The notes beneath the pieces are model-generated. The model was given only the letters and a program-made list of their open reading frames with translations. It made no database searches and was not told the DNA's origin. From IMG/VR virus record IMGVR_UViG_3300020047_008132, positions 4,325 through 68,324 of that record: a DNA stretch of 64,000 nt; one strand, 5' to 3'. Source of the stretch: a virus (lineage: Duplodnaviria; Caudoviricetes). A program made the position numbers and the translations under genes. This document shows positions 63,990 through 64,000 of the stretch, piece after piece (position 1 is the first letter of the stretch; each line of letters opens with the position of its first letter).

Positions 63990-64000
63990 GCGCGAAATGC

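Larger units (their letters stand above)
47317..64000 (-). mobile_element. Second virus-like element, probably tailless and membrane-containing (truncated by window end)
   Basis: Own primase-helicase, origin, switch, GH108 lysin and membrane-anchored gene block; different dinucleotide usage. Confidence 0.6.

Noticed and set aside
1-64000. Stop-codon reassignment
   Set aside because: Large genes are intact under the standard code and coding density is high

Overview
The window is entirely viral-type DNA from a Bacteroidota host (TAnnTTTG promoter boxes, Bacteroidota-phage protein families). It appears to consist of three blocks. (1) 1-~2760: the + strand lysis-type end of one phage (HNH, holin-like, metallophosphoesterase, spanin-like pair). 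(2) ~2777-47316: an apparently complete ~44.5-kb tailed phage on the - strand (terminase, portal, capsid, tail, replication, lysis, several glycosyltransferases) with no integrase. (3) ~47317-64000: a compositionally distinct element with a Toprim primase-helicase, an iteron origin, a repressor/integrase deletion fusion and many small membrane-anchored proteins, probably a tailless membrane-containing virus. The main unexplained structure is seven integron attC-like hairpin sites in two arrays at the two ends of block 2. All seven point along the + strand while every cargo gene lies on the - strand. One attC has a DNA methyltransferase gene inside its loop. Genes sit at hairpin apices between asymmetric CCCAC(C)GC direct repeats. 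Circularising block 2 would merge the two arrays into one 7-cassette array at a single site. All family calls come from motif recognition by eye; no database search was run.
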